A stretch of 64,000 nt of DNA from a virus. The first letter of the stretch is position 1, and each line of letters opens with the position of its first letter. Where the stretch lies: positions 32,001 to 96,000 of the IMG/VR virus record IMGVR_UViG_3300032093_000021. The stretch is one strand, 5' to 3'. This document shows, one piece after another, positions 25,758-35,656 of this stretch. The notes beneath the pieces were generated by a model. That model was not told where the DNA came from. It worked only from the letters and a program-made list of their open reading frames with translations, and did not search any database. The position numbers were made by a program, and so were the translations under genes.

Positions 25758-28700
25758 TTATACACAAGGTATACATGTTCCTCCGTAAGAGAAGAATCCA
25801 ACCGCATCTATTGTTCCATAGTTACAACTTGTGTTTTCTCCTAAACTCAAATAAGAGGTTCCATCAAATAGAGTCCCATTACTATTGTAATATGTTTCGC
25901 CAGGTTGTAAACCAGCAATTGGGGTGTAAGTATAAAGTGTTACAGTACCTGATCCACTATTTCCACAACCCGCAGTTGGGTTAATATAAGCAATGAAAGA
26001 AAATGATGGTAGATTGTTTTGTGTTGGTGTTTGTGTGGGAGTTGGCGTCGGTACCGGTACTGAACAACAAGGACCATAGATTAAGGATGAAATTGGTCCT
26101 GATACCGATCCTTTCAAAATGCAACCTGCAATAACATCAGGTCCTATTGACACTGACTGATTTTGTGGTGTTCCATCACAATCTATCCAAGATACCGTAC
26201 CGGGTGTATCTACATCAAAACTAGCACCATTAGCACAAGAACATGTAGTTGGTGTCGGTGTTTGTGTTGGAGTTTTTGTTTGAGTTGGAGTATTAGTAGG
26301 AGTTTTAGTATTAGTTGGAGTATTTGTTGGCGTTTGAGTATTAGTAGCGGTATTGGTAGGCGTATTACTATTAGTTGGCGTATTTGTTGGCGTTTGAGTA
26401 TTAGTAGCGGTATTGGTAGGCGTTTGAGTATTAGTAGCGGTATTGGTAGGCGTATTACTATTAGTTGGCGTATTAGTAGGAGTTTGGGTGCTTGTAGGTG
26501 TTAAGCTTGGACAAGGTCCTGAAATTGAATTTAATATTCCAAATGATCCGCTTGGTATCAAAACTTGTACCCATGTGTAAACACCTGAAACTACAGGAGA
26601 TATTGGGTTTTCATTATATTGATATAAAATTCCGGAACCTAAACTTGATCTTAATTCCCATCTATTATTTGATATTGACCAAAACACATTGAATGTAAAT
26701 ACGGATGATTGGTCTGTAAAAGTAAATGATTGTTTTCCATTTACTACAGATCCCGGACTCACATTAATTGATTGTGATCCAACAAAAGTCTCTGATGCGA
26801 TTTGGAAACAGATTCCGCCTAAAGTATTTGATGGAGTATTCGTTTGTGTTGGTGTAGGAGTGCTTGTTGGTGTGTTTGATGGATCAGGAGGACAAGACGA
26901 ACAATCTGTTCCAAGTATAGATACGACGGAATTCAATACCGCATTAGTTGATATTGATTTTTTGCCCTCATAATACACACAATATGATTGATTATCAATA
27001 ATCGCATTCATCGTGTATCCCGAATCTATAGTAATTCCTGAAATTTGAACTTCTTCCGCCACGTAGAAATAAGCATTTGTTGCACAATTTCTCAAAGAGT
27101 TGACCTGACTACATTCAAGTTTTTCATCAAAAATCTCATAATTAACAGAACCTGTAAAACACAAACCTCTATAGATGTTTGTTGGTGTTACTGATGGGGT
27201 TGGTGTTGGTGAGGCGGTTGGTAGAGTAGTTGCACTCAGCGTCATACCTATACCAAAGCATTTTTGTGTTATTGTGGGTGTTTGCGTATTTGTTGGTGTT
27301 GGAGTTTGGGTGGTGGTAGGTGTAGGAGTGTTAGATGGACCCGGGATATTACAATCAAATATCGCATCAAAGTCAAAAACATCACATGGATTAACCGGCG
27401 GAATTGGTGGACAAACTCCTTGTGTAAGTTCGTCACATAAATCAGGACAAGAACTATTACATGGTGTTTTTCCGAATAGTATACAACTTCCACCTAATGA
27501 GCTTGATAGACACCATTTATTGATACTATAATATATGTATCCTACTGACGTAGTTCCTCCGGTATAAAAGTCATAAGTTAAATATGTTCCGGCTATTACG
27601 TATTCACCATCAAACGGAGTTACACCATTTGTGTTCAAACAATAAACATTTGGACACTGATCAGTCGGACTTGGTGTTGGAGTATTAGTAGGTGTTTCTG
27701 TAGGAGTTGAAGTATTAGTGGGAGTATTGGTTGGAGTTTCAGTATTAGTGGGAGTTGGGGTGTTAGTTGGTGTGTTTGTTGATGTTTCGGTGTTTGTTTG
27801 AGTTTGAGTATTGGTTGGAGTGTTAGTTGATGTTTCGGTGTTTGTTTGAGTTTGAGTATTTGTTGGAGTATTAGTTGGGGTTTCTGTCGGAGTTTCAGTA
27901 TTAGTGGGAGTATTGGTTGGAGTTTCAGTATTAGTGGGAGTATTGGTTGGAGTTTCAGTATTAGTGGGAGTATTGGTTGGAGTTTCAGTATTAGTGGGTG
28001 TATTGGTTGGAGTTTCATCCGGGGTAGGTGTATTAGTTGGAGTTTCAGTATTAGTGGGAGTATTGGTTGGAGTTTCAGTATTAGTAGGGGTATTGGTTGG
28101 AGTTTCAGTATTAGTAGGGGTATTGGTTGGAGTTTCAGTGGGTGTATTTGTGGGCGTTTCTGTTGCAGTTGGAGTATTAGTCGGAGTTTCGGTTGGAGTT
28201 TCAGTATTAGTAGGTGTGTTAGTAGGTGTTGGTGTAGGACAAGTTATAGATTCACTTGTTAAGCAGTTAACACAAGATGAATAAAAAGTTGATGATATTG
28301 AGGTGTATAACGGTAACCCTATTTCATTAGTTATAACCTCAGCACAACCTGAAAATGATGTGGTATCCAAATAATAAACTTCTCCGACTGAAAGTTCTCC
28401 GGGTATGTTTGATACATTAAATTTATTATTTTCATCACAACAATCCTTAAACGAATAAAAAAAAGGTAGTGGCGATTCTGTTGGGGTTGGTGTGTTAGTA
28501 GGTGTATTAGTTGGAGTTTCAGTATTAGTAGGTGTGTTAGTAGGTGTCGGTGTAGGACACGGACCAATTGCCGAAAATAAAATATCCCCCGTAAGAGTGC
28601 TCGGAGATCCAAAGTCGTCGCAGTTACAAAAATACTGAGTTTCAAGTGGTCCAATCGTTAATAAACCTATAACGCCAGGATCACAACCATAATATTGACC

Positions 28701-29069
28701 TGTAGAAGTACTTCCGAGTTGATTTTGGGCAGAATATTCAGTACATGTGTTACATACCGGAGTTACTGTGGGTGTCGGTGTCGGAGTAGATGACGGACAA
28801 GAACCACCATCAGAGTAAAAACTTGCAGATGCGGTTGTCTTGAAATCGGATGTATAGTAATATATATCAGGAATTCCAAAGTCCGAGTCGTAACATTGGG
28901 ACGCTTGGTACAAACCTGCAGAATCAAAGTATTCTGTCACTAAAACTCCCAAACAATTATAATAATCAATATAAACACGTCCGTTTATAAAAGGAGGAGT
29001 TCCACTATTCAAGACCGCAGCGGATATATCTGCAGAATCTATAGAAATATTCAATATATTACATGCCAT
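25758..29069 (-). CDS. Cys-rich modular protein with long Thr/Pro mucin-like linkers (putative fibre/adhesin)
   Basis: 1103 aa; globular Cys-rich modules separated by (TPTNTETP)n tracts; no signal peptide. Confidence 0.75.
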   Translation of the reverse strand: MACNILNISIDSADISAAVLNSGTPPFINGRVYIDYYNCLGVLVTEYFDSAGLYQASQCYDSDFGIPDIYYYTSDFKTTASASFYSDGGSCPSSTPTPTPTVTPVCNTCTEYSAQNQLGSTSTGQYYGCDPGVIGLLTIGPLETQYFCNCDDFGSPSTLTGDILFSAIGPCPTPTPTNTPTNTETPTNTPTNTPTPTESPLPFFYSFKDCCDENNKFNVSNIPGELSVGEVYYLDTTSFSGCAEVITNEIGLPLYTSISSTFYSSCVNCLTSESITCPTPTPTNTPTNTETPTETPTNTPTATETPTNTPTETPTNTPTNTETPTNTPTNTETPTNTPTNTETPTNTPTPDETPTNTPTNTETPTNTPTNTETPTNTPTNTETPTNTPTNTETPTETPTNTPTNTQTQTNTETSTNTPTNTQTQTNTETSTNTPTNTPTPTNTETPTNTPTNTSTPTETPTNTPTPSPTDQCPNVYCLNTNGVTPFDGEYVIAGTYLTYDFYTGGTTSVGYIYYSINKWCLSSSLGGSCILFGKTPCNSSCPDLCDELTQGVCPPIPPVNPCDVFDFDAIFDCNIPGPSNTPTPTTTQTPTPTNTQTPTITQKCFGIGMTLSATTLPTASPTPTPSVTPTNIYRGLCFTGSVNYEIFDEKLECSQVNSLRNCATNAYFYVAEEVQISGITIDSGYTMNAIIDNQSYCVYYEGKKSISTNAVLNSVVSILGTDCSSCPPDPSNTPTSTPTPTQTNTPSNTLGGICFQIASETFVGSQSINVSPGSVVNGKQSFTFTDQSSVFTFNVFWSISNNRWELRSSLGSGILYQYNENPISPVVSGVYTWVQVLIPSGSFGILNSISGPCPSLTPTSTQTPTNTPTNSNTPTNTATNTQTPTNTATNTQTPTNTPTNSNTPTNTATNTQTPTNTPTNTKTPTNTPTQTKTPTQTPTPTTCSCANGASFDVDTPGTVSWIDCDGTPQNQSVSIGPDVIAGCILKGSVSGPISSLIYGPCCSVPVPTPTPTQTPTQNNLPSFSFIAYINPTAGCGNSGSGTVTLYTYTPIAGLQPGETYYNSNGTLFDGTSYLSLGENTSCNYGTIDAVGFFSYGGTCIPCV
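26250..26500. repeat. Thr/Pro-coding tandem repeats
   Basis: 30-nt-based units such as cgtttgagtattagtagcggtattggtagg recur near-identically. Confidence 0.85.
27665..28240. repeat. 30-nt tandem repeat array encoding [10 protein letters not shown]
   Basis: agtttcagtattagtgggagtattggttgg is exact at 27891, 27921 and 27951, near-exact at 27981 and 28041-28130. Confidence 0.9.
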
Positions 29070-29085
29070 AAATTAAACTTCAATA

Positions 29086-30066
29086 TTATAAATAATCCGA
29101 ATTTTGTTTTTGAAATAAAGATTTCAAAACTTCAGTATATTTTATTGTGGAACTTCTTTTATCAACGTATTCAAAAAAGTTTTCATTTTCCCTAAGTTTT
29201 TGAATAGGGTCACATTCAATAAATTCTCCTTTAAAAAATTTATTATTTTTTTCTATTTCAAGGACTCCAGCCATATGTAATATTGGTTTTTTATAGTAAA
29301 TATCAATATCATCTGTAGCCCACGAAAAATCCAAATCCTCAATTATTTTTGTTTCTTTTTTTAAACACCATAAATTCCAAATCAATGCCCACATTTCAGC
29401 AGTCCAAACTTGGATCCCTTTAGATACCGGATGAGTATTTGTAAACTCCACTAAATAGTTATACAGGCTATTTGAATCATTATATATTTTGAACCAATTT
29501 TTATAATTTGTTTTTTTTATTATATACTGACCACCTCCTGTATTATCATTATTTTTAATTACACAATCCAATCCGATACCAAAAATATCTATCATTCCAT
29601 TGATGAATTCATTACTTTTCAATCCATAATTTTTTGAATACAGGTCATCGCAATATTTAAGATAATCGTAAGATAAATAAGATTTTGTGTCGGCTAAATA
29701 ACATACATTGTCTTTCAGGTATTTTTCATAATTAGGTTTTTCCCGGAAAATAATGTCCGCATCATGTAAAAAAAAACACTCACCATATTTTGGAAAACTT
29801 TTTAACCATTGTGAAATCAAATATGGTTTTATACTTGGAATATAATTTTTAGTGTCTCGTTTATCTTCATAAAAATGAACATTGAACCCTTCTTTTCTTA
29901 ATTCCATAGCTCTTTTGGATGGTTTGTTTGTGTTTACCATACCAAAAATCATATGTATATCTGATGGGTTTACACCTTTTTCAACAAAATTATGACTATA
30001 AACTTCGCACTGCCAATGAAAATACTGAACATCAGGTTGTGCGGTTACATAAATTAATTTGGACAT
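29086..30066 (-). CDS. GT-A fold glycosyltransferase resembling peptidyl-serine/hydroxyproline O-glycosyltransferases (GT96/GT95-like)
   Basis: Colinear motifs YFHWQ, YIPSIKPYLISQWL, LHDADIIF (DxD), GGGQYII, WTAEMWA, ILHMAG. Confidence 0.7.
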   Translation of the reverse strand: MSKLIYVTAQPDVQYFHWQCEVYSHNFVEKGVNPSDIHMIFGMVNTNKPSKRAMELRKEGFNVHFYEDKRDTKNYIPSIKPYLISQWLKSFPKYGECFFLHDADIIFREKPNYEKYLKDNVCYLADTKSYLSYDYLKYCDDLYSKNYGLKSNEFINGMIDIFGIGLDCVIKNNDNTGGGQYIIKKTNYKNWFKIYNDSNSLYNYLVEFTNTHPVSKGIQVWTAEMWALIWNLWCLKKETKIIEDLDFSWATDDIDIYYKKPILHMAGVLEIEKNNKFFKGEFIECDPIQKLRENENFFEYVDKRSSTIKYTEVLKSLFQKQNSDYL

Positions 30067-30132
30067 ATAAACTAAAAAATAATATTTTATGTTTCAATCT
30101 AAATAGAATATTCTATGATATATTTATGATAT

Positions 30133-30312
30133 ATGAAACTTTTGAAAACTATACAAAAATTAGTTGAAGACGCAGAAAGAGATTATTATATCGCTTGTGA
30201 TAGGTGTGCTGATGAAAAAACAATTAAGAGATTAGAAAAAAATTATTTAGATAGTCTAAAACTGATGGAAAAAATAAATAAAATAGATACACCAAAAAAA
30301 GAAAATCTATAA
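30133..30312 (+). CDS. small plus-strand protein (59 aa, not in ORF track)
   Basis: [59 protein letters not shown]; fills the 30066-30307 gap and is preceded by TATTTAT (30121-30127) on the same strand. Confidence 0.65.
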   Translation: MKLLKTIQKLVEDAERDYYIACDRCADEKTIKRLEKNYLDSLKLMEKINKIDTPKKENL

Positions 30313-32628
30313 TCCCCCATCTATTATAACCCAATTATAAGGACTTCCTGTAAGAGTGTTTCTACCTGATTGTCCTGCAACAGTATACTTTATAGTTCCA
30401 AAATTTATAGTCAATCCGGATTTTAATATCTTGCTTGACCAACTATTTAATAAACTATCATAATTTGCAGTTGAATAGTTTGAGAATGTTTTACCTGTCA
30501 TAAATCCTGTAAACGCAGTAACAGAAGATGCTGACCAACCACTTATAGGTTGGTTGAAAGCGATTGCATCATTGAACATATTAGTCATGTCCCTAACATT
30601 ACTAACATTCCAAGAATCTATTGGTTGATTGAATAATGAAGCACCCCTAAACATAGAAGTCATGTCTGTAACATTTGAGACGTTCCAACCGGATATTGAG
30701 GTAGATCCGGAATTGTTGAAAGATGAGTTTGATGCAAACATGGAATTCATGTTTGTTGCGGCAGATGTATTCCAACTACCGATATTTTGGTTAAACCCTG
30801 AACATGAAAGCATGGATGAAAAATTAGTCACCTTAGAAGTATTCCAGCTACCAATCGGTTGATTGAAACTTGTCCCTAAAAAAGTTGACCCAAAATCAAC
30901 AACGTTGCCCGTACTCCATCCACTTATTGAAGGGCTTCCTCCATTATTAAACGCAGATCCGAATGTTCTTCTAAAAAAAGTTGCCGCGGAAACATTCCAA
31001 GCTCCGATATCTTGATTGAATGGTGAACTGGCAAATGTGCTATGAAATCCATTACTGTTTGCAAACGAAGTTGTGACATTTCTTACATCCCAACTACCTA
31101 TGGGTTGATTAAAAGATGTTGCATAAAACATATGACCCATTTGAGTTGCCGCGGATGTTGTCCAACCACTAATAGAAGGGTTATTATTATTGTTAAATAA
31201 TGTTGCTTGTCCAAACATATAACCGAAAGCCTGAACTTTGGATACATTCCAAGAACCAACATTCCTATTGAATTTGACCGCATTGAAAAACATATAATTC
31301 ATGGCAGTGGCCGCAGAAGTAACCCAATTGTTAATTGAATTATTACCAGCATTATCAAAATTTGCAGCATTTTCAAACATCGTATTGAAGGTTGTGACTT
31401 TTGATGTATCCCAATTACCGATATTTTTATTAAACGTATTACAAGATGAAAACATTGATGCCATGGTTGTTACCGCGGATGTTGTCCATCCACTCAAATC
31501 GTCGTTAAAGAATGTACATCCTTGAAACATATTGCTCATGTTTGTAACATTTGAAGTGTTCCAAGAATTGACATTATTTATTGTAGTGAGACTTGTACAT
31601 GATCTAAACATTTGGGTCAGGTTTGTAGATCCACTTAAATTTATTACATCTGTTGTTCCTGTAAGTCTTAAATTGGAACAACCATAAAAGTAAGACCCCA
31701 AAAATGTCGCCCCTGTTGATTGAAGTTGTACAGGTCCCCACCTATTAACATGTAACATTTTTAACCTATCTCCCGAGTTATTAAATCTGAAACCTCTGAA
31801 ATTTCCCGGATAAGCGTATACCGTAACGTCATAAATTCCGGGAGTTGTATATGTATGTGCGGTTAATGGACTATTCCAAGTTGTTATATAATCTGTAGGG
31901 CCCGAATCTCCCCAATCAACTATCATATTATAAGTTCCCGCACTAACTAATGGAAGTGCAAACTGATTTGATGGCGAACTACCGACACTAGTTAATGTTG
32001 TGTTTATCCTCGCTTGGAAAGATGGTAAAATTACAGTTGGTGTTGGAGTTTGAGTTGGAGTTTGGGTTGGAGTTTCTGTATTAGTTGGAGTATTAGTTGG
32101 GGTTTCTGATGCTGTTTGTGTTGGAGTTTCTGTATTAGTGGGTGTTGGTGTTTCAGTATTTGTTGGTGTTTGAGTTGGGGTTTCTGTGTTAGTTGGAGTG
32201 GGTGTTTCGGTATTTGTTGGTGTATTGGTTGGTGTTTCGCTTGATGTTTGAGTTGGTGTTCCAGTATTAGTTGGGGTTGGTGTTTCTGTATTTGTAGGTG
32301 TGTTTGTTGGAGTTACACTTGATGTTTGAGTTGGTGTTTCAGTATTAGTTGGGGTTTGTGTTGTTGTTTGAGTTGGGGTTACAGTATTTGTAGGGGTTGG
32401 AGTGGGGGGCGAAATACAGTCATCAATCAATATCGCCTCACAACCAAATGAATCAATTACTTTTATTAAAACGGCAGGAGAATTAGTGAATGTGGATGAA
32501 AGATTTATATTTATTGGTAAAACTATATAGTTACCATAATCTTCGCACACACTTTGATTTACATCACACACAATTACTTGATATGGCGATGTACCGGTGA
32601 CACTTAATATTTCAATTGACGCGGGTAT
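30307..32628 (-). CDS. BspA-family (DUF285) repeat protein with Thr/Pro linker and PKD-like domain; probable AUA start
   Basis: Paralog of 22372..24153; the frame extends upstream of the GTG at 32571 to ATA at 32628 ([22 protein letters not shown]), restoring the N-terminal module shared with 25523..25744. Confidence 0.85.
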   Translation of the reverse strand: MPASIEILSVTGTSPYQVIVCDVNQSVCEDYGNYIVLPININLSSTFTNSPAVLIKVIDSFGCEAILIDDCISPPTPTPTNTVTPTQTTTQTPTNTETPTQTSSVTPTNTPTNTETPTPTNTGTPTQTSSETPTNTPTNTETPTPTNTETPTQTPTNTETPTPTNTETPTQTASETPTNTPTNTETPTQTPTQTPTPTVILPSFQARINTTLTSVGSSPSNQFALPLVSAGTYNMIVDWGDSGPTDYITTWNSPLTAHTYTTPGIYDVTVYAYPGNFRGFRFNNSGDRLKMLHVNRWGPVQLQSTGATFLGSYFYGCSNLRLTGTTDVINLSGSTNLTQMFRSCTSLTTINNVNSWNTSNVTNMSNMFQGCTFFNDDLSGWTTSAVTTMASMFSSCNTFNKNIGNWDTSKVTTFNTMFENAANFDNAGNNSINNWVTSAATAMNYMFFNAVKFNRNVGSWNVSKVQAFGYMFGQATLFNNNNNPSISGWTTSAATQMGHMFYATSFNQPIGSWDVRNVTTSFANSNGFHSTFASSPFNQDIGAWNVSAATFFRRTFGSAFNNGGSPSISGWSTGNVVDFGSTFLGTSFNQPIGSWNTSKVTNFSSMLSCSGFNQNIGSWNTSAATNMNSMFASNSSFNNSGSTSISGWNVSNVTDMTSMFRGASLFNQPIDSWNVSNVRDMTNMFNDAIAFNQPISGWSASSVTAFTGFMTGKTFSNYSTANYDSLLNSWSSKILKSGLTINFGTIKYTVAGQSGRNTLTGSPYNWVIIDGGL
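32036..32410. repeat. Thr/Pro mucin-like coding repeats
   Basis: (TPTNTETPT)n tract of ~120 codons. Confidence 0.85.
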
Positions 32629-32653
32629 ATTTTAAAATTTAAAAATTTATAGT

Positions 32654-35600
32654 TTATGAAGTACACGGACTACATCCTCCCGCACAATATCCTGTCCTAC
32701 AATATTCACTTGATATTGAACTAAAAGTTCCGGGAGAATACGCTGCGAACCCTCTAATACAAATACACTGTCCCGCCGGTACAATATGACTTGCGGATGT
32801 TATTGAACTACATAATTTGCCCGTGATTGATTGAGTTCCGAATCCTAGCGCTTGATATGTGATACAAGGTTCAAATTGAAACACCGGTGATTCCGCACTT
32901 GTACTTGAAGGACATATCGCCTTAATTTTGAAATCAATTGGGAAATAATCTTTAGGAGTACTATTAACTGCACTTGTAACGTCCACCGTTAGAGGTCCGT
33001 AACTACTTATTGATACAAATGTTGACGAATATGTTGATTGGTAAGATTTTTTGTAATAAACTATCGCATTGGTTACACAACTATTTGAACAAGCTCCAAC
33101 ACTAAATGTCAGTTGGTACTGTCCGGATATAGTTGTTTGAACAGAAGATATGGTTGGTGTACAACAAGCTCCGCCGCATCCCGCAATATTAGTTTGCGAT
33201 GGGGTTATTGATGTGGTAGGTGTCTGTGTTTGTGTTTGAGTTTGCGTTGGTGTAGATGTTTGAGTTGTGGTTTGAGTTGGGGTTTGAGTAGGTGTTGGTG
33301 TTTGAGTTGAGGTTTCAGTCGGTGTCGGAGTGGGAGTTTGACTTGTTGGTGTTTGTGTGGGAGTTTCATTGGGGGTTGGCGTAGGTGTAGGAGTATTACT
33401 TGTAGAAGTCTGAGTTGGCGTATTAGTTGGTGTTTCTGTATTGGTTGGAGTGTTAGTTTGTGTTGGAGTGTTTGTTGGAGTTTCGGTATTAGTAGGTGTG
33501 TTTGTTGGAGTTTGAGTGTTGGTGGGTGTATTAGTTGGAGTTGGTGTTGGTTCCACACAACATATATCATAATCAATTTCCAAACTAACTTTTATATTTT
33601 TGTTAGACAATAAATAGGAACAATCAGAACTTACTTTGATGGTATTGTTGGTCACATCTATTATAACAGAACCAATACCCGTAATTCCTTCTAATACACT
33701 CTTCAATCCATTGATATAATCTTGATCCGAAGGATAAGACAATAAACTTGTAGTTGTGAATAAATTTTTAGTATAAGCAGTTCCAGCAACATCAACCTCT
33801 AAATAAAATACCGCACTATTTAGTTTACAATTAGTTTCACCTGAAATCAGATCAAGATAACCTTGATTTAACATTTCAAACATCCCATTTTTTGTTGCGG
33901 CAGTTTGGGTGAAAATACCATCACATACTTCGTATGTTTGATAAGAAAAATATTTTTTTTGACAAACAACGTTGGTATTTTTAGTTGTTGAACAATTATT
34001 TGAATCTGTTAATTTTAAAGAGTATGTTCCAGCAGTTAAACCTGTCACATATATACCGGTTTGTCCATTAACGTTTGAAGACCATTGAAATGTGTATGGT
34101 GGAACTCCTGATGTAATAAGAGATGTGATAGTTCCTTCTGAACCAGAACCACAACCCGTGGATAATAATGTAAAATCAACTGATTGAGTAGTTTTGACTT
34201 GAATGACATTTTTTTGAGAACATCCTGTAGAATCCTTGACTTCTAAGTTATAAATTCCTGCCGTTAATGCATTGAAGGAATGAGTAGTGTTTGATGTATT
34301 TAAGAATGTCAATCCATTCAAGTAATATGAGTAAATTCCTGGTGTATCTACATTTATAGTAACACTTCCGTTAGATAACCCACATGAAGCATCTGAAACA
34401 GAAGTAGATATATTAAATTTATTTGTATTGGTTATTGTAAAGGTGTTTTGGTAAATACAAGCGCTAGGATTAGTGATTTTTATTGTATATACACCTGTAC
34501 TAAGATTAGTAAATGTTCTTGAAATGGAATTAGTTGTGACAGATTGGGTGTTACCTGATGAATCAGTCAGTTGGTATGTATAAGGCGTTAATCCGCCAAG
34601 TAAAGTTATATTAACACTTCCGTCATTACTATTACAAGTTGATCCGCTTGGTGTTAAGTTCACAACACTAAAAGCATCAATTGTGGATAAGCTAGTTGTA
34701 CCAGTAACACTACACAAACCCGCATCAACAACCACAACTGTATAACTTCCTTGTCCTAAATTACTAAATGCTACAGATTGTGAGTAAGTTATATCGTAAG
34801 CACCATTTGAAAGTGAATAATAATAAGGTCCGGTCCCCCCGCTTATATTAACAATTATTTGACCATCTGATTGAAAGCAACCAGGTGATGTAGTTATGTA
34901 ATTGATGATTGATAATGGATTAACACTGCCAACAACAGTTGACTTTGTTTTCACACATCCTTGAGAATCTGTTATCGTAACGTCATAAACGCCCGGTGTC
35001 AATCCTGATATAGATGGTGTTGTCTGTAGATTAGACCACAAGTAACTATAAGGTGGAGTCCCTGTCTGACCGGTAACATAAATTCTTCCTGTTGGGCTGC
35101 CAGCACAAAATGAATTATTAACAACGAAGAACCCAAAATCAAGTTCATCAGATCCTTGAACAATGCAAGACGAAGTTGTTCCTGAACACCCCCCCTGATC
35201 AAATACATTAACATAATACGTATCGGCGGAAAGATTTGTAAAATAATAATAACCAATTACTGAAGATGCCGAAGTGATATAACCATTACTTAAACTATAA
35301 AGATAGTAATTAGCATTTGAACTTGTTGTGGTTGCCGTAACTCCGAGTTGTCCATTGTTCAAACCACAACTTGTATCAATTGATTCAGTATTTAAACAAA
35401 CTCCTGACGATATTGATAAGGAAACATATTGTGTGTTGGGGGATCCAGGTGTGGTAGAATCTGTAATAAGAACTAAATAAGTACCGGCCGATAAGTTTTG
35501 TCTTAATGAAGTCGTAACAGGAGCATCAATACCCAAATTTGGAATTTGCCAATCAATAATATATGGTGACACCCCTGATGTTGGAGTCAAACTCAAGGCC

Positions 35601-35656
35601 CCAACATTTAGATTCTGACAATCTCCAGTAACCGAACTATTAAATAAAATACTCAT
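32654..35656 (-). CDS. SprB-repeat adhesin-like protein with Thr/Pro linker and Cys-rich C-terminus
   Basis: About seven C...G.I.V...GG..PY.Y.W/L...NL..G.Y.V.V.D..GC repeats, then a TPT tract. Confidence 0.8.
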   Translation of the reverse strand: MSILFNSSVTGDCQNLNVGALSLTPTSGVSPYIIDWQIPNLGIDAPVTTSLRQNLSAGTYLVLITDSTTPGSPNTQYVSLSISSGVCLNTESIDTSCGLNNGQLGVTATTTSSNANYYLYSLSNGYITSASSVIGYYYFTNLSADTYYVNVFDQGGCSGTTSSCIVQGSDELDFGFFVVNNSFCAGSPTGRIYVTGQTGTPPYSYLWSNLQTTPSISGLTPGVYDVTITDSQGCVKTKSTVVGSVNPLSIINYITTSPGCFQSDGQIIVNISGGTGPYYYSLSNGAYDITYSQSVAFSNLGQGSYTVVVVDAGLCSVTGTTSLSTIDAFSVVNLTPSGSTCNSNDGSVNITLLGGLTPYTYQLTDSSGNTQSVTTNSISRTFTNLSTGVYTIKITNPSACIYQNTFTITNTNKFNISTSVSDASCGLSNGSVTINVDTPGIYSYYLNGLTFLNTSNTTHSFNALTAGIYNLEVKDSTGCSQKNVIQVKTTQSVDFTLLSTGCGSGSEGTITSLITSGVPPYTFQWSSNVNGQTGIYVTGLTAGTYSLKLTDSNNCSTTKNTNVVCQKKYFSYQTYEVCDGIFTQTAATKNGMFEMLNQGYLDLISGETNCKLNSAVFYLEVDVAGTAYTKNLFTTTSLLSYPSDQDYINGLKSVLEGITGIGSVIIDVTNNTIKVSSDCSYLLSNKNIKVSLEIDYDICCVEPTPTPTNTPTNTQTPTNTPTNTETPTNTPTQTNTPTNTETPTNTPTQTSTSNTPTPTPTPNETPTQTPTSQTPTPTPTETSTQTPTPTQTPTQTTTQTSTPTQTQTQTQTPTTSITPSQTNIAGCGGACCTPTISSVQTTISGQYQLTFSVGACSNSCVTNAIVYYKKSYQSTYSSTFVSISSYGPLTVDVTSAVNSTPKDYFPIDFKIKAICPSSTSAESPVFQFEPCITYQALGFGTQSITGKLCSSITSASHIVPAGQCICIRGFAAYSPGTFSSISSEYCRTGYCAGGCSPCTS
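33195..33555. repeat. Thr/Pro/Gln mucin-like coding repeats
   Basis: ([14 protein letters not shown])n tract. Confidence 0.85.

Noticed and set aside
27665-28240. 30-nt repeat array as a possible CRISPR array
   Set aside because: Units are contiguous without unique spacers, length is a multiple of 3 and in frame within a CDS; no cas operon (the PD-(D/E)xK nuclease is a stand-alone replication-block gene)
26163-33613. Plus-strand and alternate-frame ORFs rich in V/G/W/S or L/Q/P (e.g. 27846..28262, 27904..28284, 27635..28018, 33205..33576)
   Set aside because: Shadow frames produced by the stop-poor Thr/Pro repeats
21042-35656. Diversity-generating retroelement or invertase shufflon acting on fibre genes
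   Set aside because: No reverse transcriptase, recombinase, or template/variable repeat pair seen in this window
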